A DNA stretch of 64,000 nt. Origin: Octopus sinensis (lineage: Eukaryota). The DNA is taken from contig NC_043003.1 in NCBI RefSeq assembly GCF_006345805.1, positions 41,168,001-41,232,000 of the forward strand, written 5' to 3'. Position numbers and translations under genes: made by a program. The notes under the pieces were generated by a model that worked only from the letters and a program-made list of their open reading frames with translations, was not told where the DNA came from and made no database searches. This document shows positions 26,945-39,540 of this stretch, in pieces (position 1 is the first letter of the stretch; every line of letters begins with the position of its first letter).

Positions 26945-27732
26945 TATATATATGCATATATACATACACACACAAACATATATATATACATACATATAGA
27001 GAAGAGAGATAAATACACACACATATATGTATTTATAAATAATATATAAATAATATATGTATACATATATATATACACATGCAGATATGTATACAGGACG
27101 TCGTGGAACGTAAACAACATGAAATACGAAATAAGAAAACATATATATATATACACACGCAAACATACATATAAATCTATCTACATGTATATATATATAT
27201 GTATGTATGTATATATATAATAATAATAATATAAATAATATATATATGCATATATACATACGTATATGTACATAATTATATCTATGCGTATATGTACATG
27301 CATATGTGGGTACATGAAGTCACGAAACATGTACATCAAAAATACAAATTTCGAGTACATGGAATATGAACTATTTTTTCGAACAACGAAAAACACAAAT
27401 TGTAAACAAGACAAATAACATAAAGACCGACCCTTCATCTGTTGTTGGCTGGTTTTCTATTCTCGTATTTCGAAAATTTCCCAACAATATGCGCTTTCGA
27501 TAAAACAAAGCAAATTAAAAAAAAAATTGTGATTTTGTTGGGGGGGTCAAAATTGGTAACAAAAAACAGGACAGTAAAAGCAAACAGGAAGGGCTGCTAA
27601 GCCTCAACGAGGTTGTGGTGGCGAACACGTAAATCAAGCTTTGGCAGGAGTCAGACAAAAACACGTCTTCCTTGATCAAGCTAAAATGTGGAGAAAGAAA
27701 GGAACACAAGTTAGGAGAAGAAAGATGGCCGA

Positions 27733-27757
27733 TGCTCACGTGGGAGCCACGTGAGCA
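27733..27757. promoter_or_regulatory. Palindrome with two perfect E-boxes 5 nt apart (ChoRE-like)
   Basis: tgctCACGTGggagcCACGTGagca: 11-bp perfect inverted arms around a 3-nt loop. Function is not shown. Confidence 0.35.
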
Positions 27758-27980
27758 AGGGAGGAATAGTGAGGGAAGAGAGGGTGACAGACAGAGAACT
27801 GAGAAGAGGAGAGGAAAAAATTGGAGATAGGATAAGTGAGAAAAACAGGAGGGAGAGAAGTGGAGGTAGAAGAATAAGAGAAAGGAAGAGAGAAAAACGA
27901 AAGAGTAATAGGACAGAATAGTGGGAGAAGAGGAGGTAAAACAATAAGAGAGAGGAAGAGAGAAAAACGAAAACAAACTC

Positions 27981-28335
27981 TACTGGATCATAGATAAAGC
28001 ATTCCCAGCTGACAAGAAGATATGCGATAAGGAAGAAACAAAAGTCGAGAGATATGACAGGTTAGCTTGGTAAGTTAAGCCGTTGTGGGCCATGAAAAAG
28101 GTAGCAGTAGTACCAATAATTGCGGAGCCCCGGTAACAATGAGCAAAAATATCGATAGGTACGTGGAACAAATAGGGGCTGCAATAATGGTGGAGCACTT
28201 GTAGGAAACGGCACCTCTTGGAACCGCTCGAATACTCCGGAAGGTTCTCGAGAAATAAGAGGTGTTATCTTAATTCACTGGTAGTGAACATCTGACACTG
28301 TAATACATCTCCAGCATTAGAAGCTGTGCAAGGGC
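27981..28335 (+). mobile_element. R4/Dong-clade 3' end (subfamily D)
   Basis: Translates with breaks as WIIDKAFPADKKICDKEETKVERYDRLAW*VKPLWAMKKVAVVPII...ETAPLGTARILRKVLEK*, the RLE C-terminus. A short 3' UTR and (TAA)n follow. Confidence 0.8.
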
Positions 28336-28345
28336 AATAATAATG

Positions 28346-28441
<96 letters not shown>
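28336..28441 (+). repeat. (TAA)n tract (Dong tail/target); similar tracts at 32613-32673, 34001-34077, 34802-34819, 39442-39540 and 41375-41440
   Basis: Direct reading. Confidence 0.95.
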
Positions 28442-28443
28442 GT

Positions 28444-31400
28444 GTTGAAGACAGTCAGCCAGACAACCACCAAGCCAGCCAACGAGACACAGACAGACAC
28501 TACTGTGATGGTGATAATGATAAAAAACACAAAATAACAATAATAAGAACTGCTGTGACTACACATAAAACAATATCATTGATGATGATGGTGCTGATGG
28601 TGATGGTGATGATGATAATGATGATGGTAATGGTGGTGATAATGATGATAGTGATGGTAATGGTGATGATAATAACAATAATAAGCCGACTACGGCTGCT
28701 ATAATGGTACGATTATAATTGTAACGGCAATGATGGCCGTCTCCCCACGAGCCAATCAAAGCTAAAAAATGATAACATTATCGTAGCACACAAAATGTTT
28801 TTGGAAACTAAAAGGAAAACTAAATCAGTATACCAATCGCTTGTCCTATGGTTAATCTGGAAGCGCGTCCCCCAGGGGAAGACCAGCCTGGGATCGAAAA
28901 GTCATCAACTGGCACAAACTCTTCTCCGAATACGGACATGGATGGTCACTTGAACGGGAAATCCCCCAACTCGAGCCCTCCAAGTTCACCACACAACCCC
29001 ACAGAAAGAAAAATGTAAGCGGAACAAATGGACCGAGAAGAGTATAAAGAAGTAATATACGCTTATTACTATGCATTAGGTAGACCATCTCAAGAGAGAC
29101 ACACCGCAAACTCTTACAGTAATGGAGAACACGGAATCAAGACAGTAGGCCCTATTTGGACGAGAACAAATTAGCAAATGTGAGGAGGGATATCTTTTGA
29201 AATACAGACTCACAGACAGTGAAATAAGCGCGATCAAGCACGCAACGGAAAATGACATAAATATAAGACACAAAGGAATGAGAATCAGATGAACAGTATA
29301 GCCCGCCACGAGGCTTAATTGAAAGACTGCCATCTGACCAAAGTACGCAAAGGCCTGAAGATACAAGAAATTATATTGTACCAGTTAAATATAGCCAGGA
29401 AACGAAAAAACAACAGTAACTGAAGATCTCGCATTGCTGAAGAACACGAGAGTCTATGGCAGAAATGAGGCAGAAAATCCTGAATACGCTTGAAGTTGTA
29501 AGACATACAAGTATGAATGATAGAGAACCGCTTCATAAACTCTCAAATACAAACCAAAATAAAAAACAAATCCAAATTGGCAACTATGTAACAAATGAAA
29601 TAATACGAGAATTAAAACCTGATTTTACTGAGTTAAATGAAATTATTTACGCTTCTGCTAGGGCAATTGAAACCAGCTGTATGCCCCCGAAAAAACAAAG
29701 AAAACAAAACCTGGGAAGAAATCAAACCTGGAGAAGTAAAATTGAAAAAAGAGATTGAATTTATGAGAGAGGAAATATCAATATTAAGTGAACTAATATG
29801 TGGAAATGATGTAAGATCCAGAACAGGAAGAAAGATGAAGAGAAAATTTGGATCCTCACCAAGAGAAGAACTGATATCAATAAAAGAAACGCTGAAACAA
29901 AAAGTCCAAGCAAAAGCCCAAAGAATACGAAGATTTGAGAAGAGAAACACGTTTTACAAGCAAAATAAGCTGTTCACATCCAATGCCAAAAAATTCTACA
30001 GAGAAATAGGGAAGGAGAAAGTAACCGTTAAAGACCCATGGAAGAAGTTCAAAACTTTTAGAAAAGGATTTGGAGTGACAAGAAGACGTACAACATAAAT
30101 GCAGACTGGATTATACAAACTGAAGGATCCTACCAAAATTTACAACAACAAGCATGGGAAGACATCACAATAGCAGACCTAAGAAAGGCACTCACGAAGG
30201 CCCATATTGGAAATCCCCCGGTTAAAGATAGGGTGCCGAATTTCTGGCTCGCATCGCTCCCGTGCGCACACGGTAAGCTAGTTCAGCTGCTCAATGGAAT
30301 TATGAGAGACCCAAAGAAAACACCTGAATGGTTAGCAAGTGGCATTACTTACCTACTCCCAAAGAATAACGAAACCAACCTTCCAAAAAACTATCGGCCT
30401 ATAACCTGTCTATCCACCACGTATAAAATCCTAACATCTATCCTGGCGGAGAAAACATATGCATTCATGGAGAAGAACGAAATTTTCCCCATTGAACAAA
30501 AAGGGTGCCGCCGAGGCTCTTACGGATGCAAAGATCAACTGCTAATCAATCGTATGATCCTTGAGAACTGTCACACAACAAGCGCAGAAATCTCAGCACC
30601 GCATGGATTGACTATAAAAAGGCCTTCGACAGTATACCGCATCCATGGATCTTGAGATCGCTGGACGTCTTCAAAATTCCCCTGTGATTTCCAACTTTCT
30701 GAAGCACAATATGTCGTTGTGGAATACGAATCTCCAATTATACCACTCTAATGGAGTACTTGCCTCAGAAAATATAAACATCAACTGTGGAATTTTCAAG
30801 GTGACTCACTTTCACCTTTAATATTCTGCATAGCCCTAATACCCCTTACAAGTGAATTAAACAGAACAGGGTATGGGTATAAAATTGCCAATAAAAAATA
30901 AGCCATCTATTTTATATGGATGACTTAAAACTTTATGGTAAAGACAATAATGAACTTGAAGGCCTATTGCGCACCGTGAAAGCATTCAGCGATGACATCG
31001 GGATGGAGTTTGGACTTGAGAAGTGTGCCAAGGCCACTCTCCAGAAAGGGAAAGTGAAGACCACAAATTCAGTCGTGTTAGATGTTGACACAGTCATAGG
31101 AGAGCTTGAGCAAGAACAAACATACAAATATTTAGGGATAAATGAAGGCTCTGGTATTCAGCATGCAAGCATGAAAGAGAAGATCAGGAAGGAATGTTAT
31201 AGGAGAGTTCGTGCAGTCCTGAAATCTGAACTAAATGCACGTAACAAGGTGTTAGCTATAAATTCCTTAGCAGTTCCAGTTGTTACTTATAGCTACAATG
31301 TGTTGAACTGGAATATGAGTGAAGTAAAGAATATAGATAGAAAAATACGCAAGCTGCTGAGTTGTAATAGGATGCACCACCGAAAGGCTTCGTAGATCGC

Positions 31401-32611
31401 CTTTACCTTCCCAGAGCCCAAGGAGGTCGAGGTCTGATCCAATTTGAACTAGCTTACAAAACAACCACAATTGGACTGGCCAAATATCTCGAAATATCGA
31501 ATGACTGGATGCTAAAGCTCGTGGAAAATCACGAGAGACGAAAGATGCTTCATTCTATCATCAAGGAAAGCAAAAAAGTTGCTATTGATCTCGTGCAGGA
31601 TACCCAAACTGAACAACCCGAGGGAAGTACGGCAACTATTGTTGCAAAGAAGGTGAAAATGATGGCAATGAAAAAAGCGCACGAGCAATTGGCTGATAGG
31701 TGGGAGGAGAAACCTCTGCACGGCAAATATGTGACCCGCAGCAACAAGCTGATGTTGACCAGAAGCAACCCATCAGTGGCTGCGGAGCTCAGGGCTAAAA
31801 GCAGAGAGTGAAGGTTTCATCCTGGCTGCTCAAGACCAAAGCCTATTAACCCGGAACTACCAGGCCAATGTGATGAAAAATGGAGCAGACACAAAATGCC
31901 GATTCTGCAACGACATGATTGAAACAGTGGACCACCTAATCTCTGGATGTAAAGTCTTAGCACCAGTGGAGTATAAATTAAGACATGACAGAGTTGGCCA
32001 ATATCTCCACTGGCTAATAAGTCGGCATTACAATATCAAAACTGCCGACAAATGGTATAATCACCACCCTGAGGCTGTAACTGAAGGAGAAAATGTAACC
32101 ATTCTGTGGGACTTTCCAGTACATACAAACCGAACCATCAAGGCCAATAAGCCAGATATTGTTGTGAAAGACCAAAACAATAAAGTTTGCTTATTGATCG
32201 ACATGAGCATCCCCTGTGATCATAATATCTTAGCGAAAGAGTTTGACAAGCTCAGAAAATATAAAGACCTACTCATTGAAATTGAGAAAATGTGGCATCT
32301 CAAGGCGGTTACAATACCAGTGATCGTAGGAGCACTAGGAATGATCAAGAAGGGAACCGAAAATTATATGAGAATGATCCCTGGCTTACCATCCCTGCAA
32401 GAAGTGCAAAAGATTGTCTTAACTGGTACATCACACGTATTGAGAAGAGCATTGTCGATGTGAGAACTGTTGCTGCTCATATATCTTAATTTTAATTTAA
32501 CATACTGAGTTCGGTTTAATGGCCTACCAATATACACTATGAGTTTCTTTGCCCTAGGGGTCGGGAAGACACTCGGCAAGAAATGGAAGAAAATTTGAAA
32601 GAAGAAGAAAA

Positions 32612-32612
<1 letters not shown>
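28444..32612 (+). mobile_element. R4/Dong-clade non-LTR retrotransposon, apparently full length, copy A1 (frameshifted)
   Basis: N-terminal KRNKWT.EEYKEVIYAYYY; RT NYRPITCLST, GCRRGSYGCKDQLLIN, YMDDLKLY and YKYLG; CCHC CRFCNDMIETVDHLISGC; RLE RHDRV..TILWDF..NKPDIV..LLIDMSIP..KY; 3' UTR ending in (TAA)n. Confidence 0.93.
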
Positions 32613-32673
<61 letters not shown>

Positions 32674-34000
32674 TAGCTGTCCCAGTTATAAGTTACAGCT
32701 ACAATATCCTTAACTGGACACTAAATGAACTGACCAAAATAGATAGGAAAACAAGAAAAATAATGACAGGATCTAGGATGCATCACCCGAAATCTGACAT
32801 AGAAAGACTATATATACAACGTATAGAAGGTGGTAGAAGCCTTATACAGCTGGAAAACTACTATAAAATAACCACCATAGGACTGTAAAAATATCTACTT
32901 CAGAAGGAAGGAAAACTGATACAAATAGCGGCAAAACACGAGCAAAACAAAAAACTGTCCTCAGTATTTAAGGAAGCTGACAAATACAAACAAGAAATCA
33001 TACCACCTAATAAATATGAAGAAGAAGAAGAAGAAGAAGAAGAAGAAGAAGAAGAAGAAGAAGAAGAAGAATCAACAAAAGCTATAAAACAAATGAAATC
33101 CAAACTAAAAATAGAACAGCAACGAACCATGATAAAACGATGGCAAGAAAAGCCCCTTCATGGTAAATACTGGACTAAACTAAACGCAAAAGAAATAGAC
33201 AAAGAAAAATCCCAGCAATGGTTGAGAAGCTCAGGACTCAAAGCAGAGACAGAGGGATTTTTAATTGCAGCACAAGACCAAAGCCTCCCCACCAGAAATT
33301 ACCAAAAACATGTAATGAAAAGAAATATTACAAGTAACTGCAGAATATGTGGAGATGGACAAGAAACAATAAATCATATTATCTCTAGCTGCCCAGTCCT
33401 GGCTAAGAAGGAATATATTCACAGACATGACAGAGTTGGAACCTACATACATTAGAAGCTATGCCAACATTATGGAATAACAACAGAAAAAGATGGTATA
33501 GGCACACACCAGAAAAGGTCACAGAAAACGAGAAAGCAACCATACTCTGGGATATGCCGATACACACAGATAGAGAAATTAAGGCCAACAGACCAGATAT
33601 AGTTGTCAGAGATCATGAAGAAAAAATGCTTTCTAATTGATGTATCAATACCGGCAGATGACAACGTGACTTTAAAAGAAATGGAGAAACTCTCAAAATA
33701 CAAAGACCTGGAAAAGAGGTAACCAGAATGTGGAATCTAAAAACAGAAACAATTCCTATCATAGTAGGTGCATTAGGCATGATAAAAAATATTCAGACAA
33801 ATACATAACAAAAACACCAGGACTTACAAACACATATAACATACAGAAAATTGCACTACTAGGCACTGCACACATCCTACGCAGCACAATTTCCATACAA
33901 TAACCATCAGAGCATCACAACAAATCACAGCACATACCTACGGCACACAGAGCTGCGCTCGGTAGTGAAGTGAAAGCACGCTTTAAAAATAAAACTACTG
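32674..34000 (+). mobile_element. 5'-truncated R4/Dong element, subfamily B
   Basis: Starts at LAVPVISYSYNIL directly after (TAA)n. Contains HGKYW, QWLRSSGLKAETEGF, CRICGDGQETINHIISSC, RHDRV and RPDIV, a distinct 3' UTR and a (TAA)n tail. Confidence 0.9.
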
Positions 34001-34004
34001 AATG

Positions 34005-34077
<73 letters not shown>

Positions 34078-34078
<1 letters not shown>

Positions 34079-34800
34079 GACATGATTGAAACAGTGGACC
34101 ACCTAATCTCTAGATGTAAAGTCTTAGCACCAGTGAGTATAATTAAGACATGACAGAGTTGGCCAATATCTCCACTGGCTAATAAGTCGGCATTACAATA
34201 TCAAAACTGCCGACAAGTGGTATAATCACCACCCTGAGGCTGTAACTGAAGGAGTAAATGTAACCATTCTGTGGGACTTTCCAGTACATACAGACCGAAC
34301 CATCAAGGCCAATAAACCAGATATTGTTGTGAAAGACCAAAACAATAAAGTTTGCTTATTGATCGACATGAGCATCCCCTGTGATCATAATATCTCAGCG
34401 AAAGAGTTTGACAAGCTCAGAAAATATAAAGACCTACTCATTGAAATTGAGAAAATGTGGCATCTCAAGGCGGTTACAATACCAGTGATCGTAGGAGCAC
34501 TAGGAATGATCAAGAAGGAACCGAAAATTATATGAGAATGATCCCTGGCTTACCATCCCTGCAAGAATTGCAAAAGATTGTCTTAACTGGTACATCACAC
34601 GTATTGAGAAGAGCATTGTCGATGTGAGAACTGTTGCTGCTCATGTATTTTAATTTAACTTTAAAAAAAAAAAAAAAAAAAAATGAACGAACTACTGAGT
34701 TTGGTTTAATGGCCTACCAATATACACTATGAGTTTCTTTGCCCTAGGAGTCGGGAAGACACTCGGCAAGAAATGGAAGAAAATTTGAAAGAAGAAAAAA
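34078..34800 (+). mobile_element. 5'-truncated Dong subfamily A 3' fragment
   Basis: Near-identical to 31912-32612 and 38709-39441, and flanked by (TAA)n on both sides. Confidence 0.93.
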
Positions 34801-35230
34801 AAATAATAATAATAATAATCAACTTCAACCTCCACAATATTACCTTACACGAAATATACAAACGCTTTTTTATTGCAATAACACAAACGCACATGGAAAA
34901 AAAATGATGATGCTAAGATTCTCTCTGGTCGAACACAACTTCTCTATTCCCAAACAATACAGAACAGCCCTTCCTTAATTTTTCTTAAGCCTAATAGTAG
35001 TATACATCTGAACTTTTTTTGACCGATAGGACCCCACCTAAAAAAAAAAAAAAAAAAATCACTGATGGTGATGGTGATGATGGTGATGATGATAATAATG
35101 ATAGTAATAGTGCTGATAATCTATCTATCTACACACACACACACTCAAAGAGTTCAACCAACACAAACCTCACATTGGCTCTATTGTTAACCAAATATGA
35201 AAGTATTATTTGACAGGCAAGAGCTCTGGC

Positions 35231-38200
35231 GTTGAAGACAGTCAGCCAGCCAACCACCAAGCCAGCCAACGAGACAGACAGACACTACTGTGATAGTGAT
35301 AATGATAAAAAAAACAAAAATAACAATAATAAGATACTGCTGTGACTACACATAAAACAATATCATTGATGATGATGGTGCTGATGGTGATGGTGATGAT
35401 GATAATGATGATGGTAATGGTGGTGATAATGATGATGGTGATAATAATGGTGATGATAATAACAATATTAAGCCGACTACGGCTGCTATAATGGTACGAT
35501 TATAATTGTAACGGCAATGATGGCCGTCTCCCCACGAGCCAATCAAAGCTAAAAATTGATAACATTATCGTAGCACCAAAATGTTTTTGGAAACTAAAAG
35601 GGAAACTAAATCAGTATACCAAATCGCTTGTCCTATGGTTAATCTGGAAGCGCGTCCCCCAGGGAAGAACCAGCCTGGGATCGAAAAGTCATCAACTGGC
35701 ACAAACTCTTCTCCGAATACGGACATGGATGGTCACTTGAACGGGAAATCCCCCAACTCGAGCCCTCCAAGTTCACCACCACAACCACTACAGAAAGAAA
35801 AATGTAAGCGGAACAAATGGACCTGAGAAGAGTATAAAGAAGTAATATACGCTTATTACTATGCATTAGGTAGGCCATCTCAAGAGAGACACACCGCAAA
35901 CTCTTACAGTATATGGAGAACACGGAATCAAGACAGTAGGCCCTATTTGGACGAGAACATATAGCAAATGTGAGGAGGATATCCTTAGAAATAACAGACT
36001 CACAGACAGTGAAATAAGCGCGATCAAGCACGCAACGGAAAATGACATAAATATAAGACACAAGGAAATGAAGAATCAGATGAACAGTATAGCCCGCCAC
36101 GAGGCTTAATTGAAAGACTGCCATCTGACCAAAGTACGCAAAGTCTGAGGATACAAGAAATTCTATTGTACCTGTTAAAGATAGCCAGGAAAACGAAAAA
36201 ACAACAGTAACTGAAGATCTCGCATTTGCTGAAGAACACAGAGAGTCTATGGCAGAAATGAGGCAGAAAATCCTGAATACGTTTGAAGTTGTAAGACATA
36301 CAAGTATGAATGATAGAGAACCACTTCATAAACTCTCAAATACAAACCAAAATAAAAAACAAATCCAAATTGGCAACTATGTAACAAATGAAATAATACG
36401 AGAATTAAAACCTGATTTTACTGAGTTAAATGAAATTATTTACGCTTCTGCTAGGGCAATTGAAACCAGCTGTATGCCCCCGAAAAAACAAAGAAAACAA
36501 AACCTGGGAAGAATCAAACCTGGAGAAGTAAAATTGAAAAAGAGATTGAATTTATGAGAGGGGAAATATCAATATTAAGTGAACTAATATGTGGAAATGA
36601 TGTAAGATCCAGAACAGGAAGAAAGATGAAGAGAAAATTTGGATCCTCACCAAGAGAAGAACTGATATCAATAAAGAAACGCTGAAACAAAAAGTCCAAG
36701 CAAAAGCCAAAGAATACGAAGATTTGAGAAGAGAAACAAGTTTTACAAGCAAAATAAGCTGTTCACATCCAATGCCAAAAAAATCTACAGAGAAATAGGG
36801 AAGGAGAAAGTAACCGTTAAAGACCCCCCTCCCATGGAAGAAGTTCAAAACTTTTGAAAAGGATTTGGAGTGACAAGAAGACGTACAACATAAATGCAGA
36901 CTGGATTATACAAACTGAAGGATCCTACCAAAATTTACAACAACAAGCATGGGAAGACATCACAATAGCAGACCTAAGAAAGGCACTCACGAAGGCCCAT
37001 AATTGGAAATCCCCCGGTAAAGATAGGGTGCCGAATTTCTGGCTCGCATCGCTCCCGTGCGCACACGGTAAGCTAGTTCAGCTGCTCAATGGAATTATGA
37101 GACCCAAAGAAAACCCCTGAATGGTTAGCAAGTGGCATTACTTACCTACTCCCAAAGAATAACGAAACCAACCTTCCAAAAAACTATCGGCCTATAACCT
37201 GTCTATCCACCACGTATAAAATCCTAACATCTATCCTGGCGGAGAAAACATATGCATTCATAGAGAAGAACGATATTTACCCCATTGAACAAAAAGGGTG
37301 CCGCCGAGGCTCTTACGGATGTGAAGATCAACTGCTAATCAATCGTATGATCCTTGAGAACTGTCACAACAAGCGCAGAAATCTCAGCACCGCATGGATT
37401 GACTATAAAAGGGCCTTCGACTGTATACCGCATCCATGGATCTTGAGATCGCTGGACATCTTCAAAATTTCCCCTGTGATTTCAAACTTCCTGAAGCACA
37501 ATATGTCGTTGTGGAATACGAATCACCAATTATACCACTCTAATGGAGTACTTGCCTCAGAAAATATAAACATCAACTGTGGAATTTTTCAAGGTGACTC
37601 ACTTTCACCTTTAATATTCTGCATAGCTCTAATACCCCTTACAAGTGAATTAAACAGAACAGGGTATGGGTATAAAATTGCCAATAAAAAAATAAGCCAT
37701 CTATTTTATATGGATGACTTAAAACTTTATGGTAAAGACAATAATGAACTTGAAGGCCTATTGCGCACCGTGAAAGCATTCAGCGATGACATCGGGATGG
37801 AGTTTGGACTTGAGAAGTGTGCCAAGGCCACTTTCCAGAAAGGGAAAGTGAAGACCACAAATTCAGTCGTGTTAGATGTTGACACTGTCATAAGAGAGCT
37901 TGAGCAAGAACAAACATACAAATATTTAGGGATAAATGAAGGCTCTGGTATTCAGCATGCAAGCATGAAAGAGAAGATCAGGAAGGAATGTTATAGGAGA
38001 GTTCGTGCAGTCCTGAAATCTGAACTAAATGCACGTAACAAGGTGTTAGCTATAAATTCCTTAGCAGTTCCAGTTGTTACTTATAGCTACAATGTGTTGA
38101 ACTGGAATATGAGTGAAGTAAAGAATATAGATAGGAAAATACGCAAGCTGCTGAGTTGTAATAGGATGCACCACCCGAAAGGCAGACGTAGATCGCCTTT

Positions 38201-39441
38201 ACCTTCCCAGAGCCCAAGGAGGTCGAGGCCTGATCCAATTTGAACTAGCTTACAAAACAACCACAATTGGACTGGCCAAATATCTCGAAATATCGAATGA
38301 CTGGATGCTAAAGCTCGTGGAAAATCACGAGAGACGAAAGAAGCTTCATTCTATCATAAAGGAAAGCAAAAGATTGCTATTGATCTCGTGCAAGATACCC
38401 AAACTGAACAACCCGGGGGAAGTACGGCAACTATTGTTGCAAAGAAGGTGAAAATGATGGCAATGAAAAAGCGCACGAGCAATTGGCTGATAGGTGGGAG
38501 GAGGAGAAACCTCTGCTCGGCAAATATGTGACCCGCAGCAAACAAGCTGATGTTGACCAGAAGCAAACCCATCAGTGGCTACGGAGCTCAGGGCTAAAAG
38601 CAGAGAGCGAAGGTTTCATCCTGGTGCTCAAGACAAAGCATATTAACCCGGAACTACCAGGCCAATGTGATGAAAAATGGAGCAGACACAAAATGCCGAT
38701 TCTGCAACGACATGATTGAAACAGTGGACCACCTAATCTCTGGATGTAAAGTCTTAGCACCAGTGGAGTATAAATTAAGACATGACAGAGTTGGCCAATA
38801 TCTCCACTAGCTAATAAGTCGTCATTACAATATCAAAACTGCCGACAAGTGGTATAATCACCACCCTGAGGCTGTAACTGAAGGAGAAAATGTAACCATT
38901 CTGTGGAACTTTCCAGTACATACAAACCGAACCATCAAGGCCAATAAACCAGATATTGTTGTGAAAGACCAAAACAATAAAGTTTGCTTATTGATCGACA
39001 TGAGCATCCCCTGTGATCATAATATCTTAGCGAAAGAGTTTGACAAGCTCAGAAAATATAAAGACCTACTCATTGAAACTGAGAAAATGTGGCATCTCAA
39101 GGCGGTTACACTACCAGTGATCGTAGGAGCACTAGGAATGATCAAGAAGGGAACCGAAAATTATATGAGAATGATCCCTGGCTTACCATCCCTGCAAGAA
39201 GTGCAAAAGATTGTCTTAACTTGTACATCACACGTATTGAGAAGAGCATTGTCGATGTGAGAACTGTTGCTGCTCATGTATTTTAATTTAACTTAAAAAA
39301 AAATTTTTTTAATTAAAAAATGAACGAACTATTGAGTTTGGTTTAATGGCCTACCAATGTATACTATGAGTTTCTTTGCCCTAGGAGTCGGGAAGACACT
39401 CGGCAAGAAATGGAAGCAAATTTGAAAGAAGAAAAAAAAAA
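35231..39441 (+). mobile_element. R4/Dong element, apparently full length, copy A2 (frameshifted)
   Basis: Co-linear and near-identical to A1 from gttgaagacagtcagcc onward. ORF 37347-38243 carries AWIDYKRAFD, IFQGDSLSPL and YMDDLKLY. Confidence 0.93.
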
Positions 39442-39540
39442 ATAATAATAATAATAATAATAATAATTATTATTATTATATTATTATTATTATTATTATT
39501 ATATTATTATTATTATCATTATTATAATTATAATAATAAT

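Noticed and set aside
28700-28800. HDV-like ribozyme at the 5' end of Dong A (ggccgtctccccacgagcc)
   Set aside because: It folds as a simple hairpin, and I could not find P1, P1.1 or J4/2 partners. An HDV descriptor search would be needed.
28850-39260. Frameshifts in the Dong A copies as programmed recoding
   Set aside because: They fall at different positions in A1 and A2 and often in homopolymers, consistent with mutation or long-read error.
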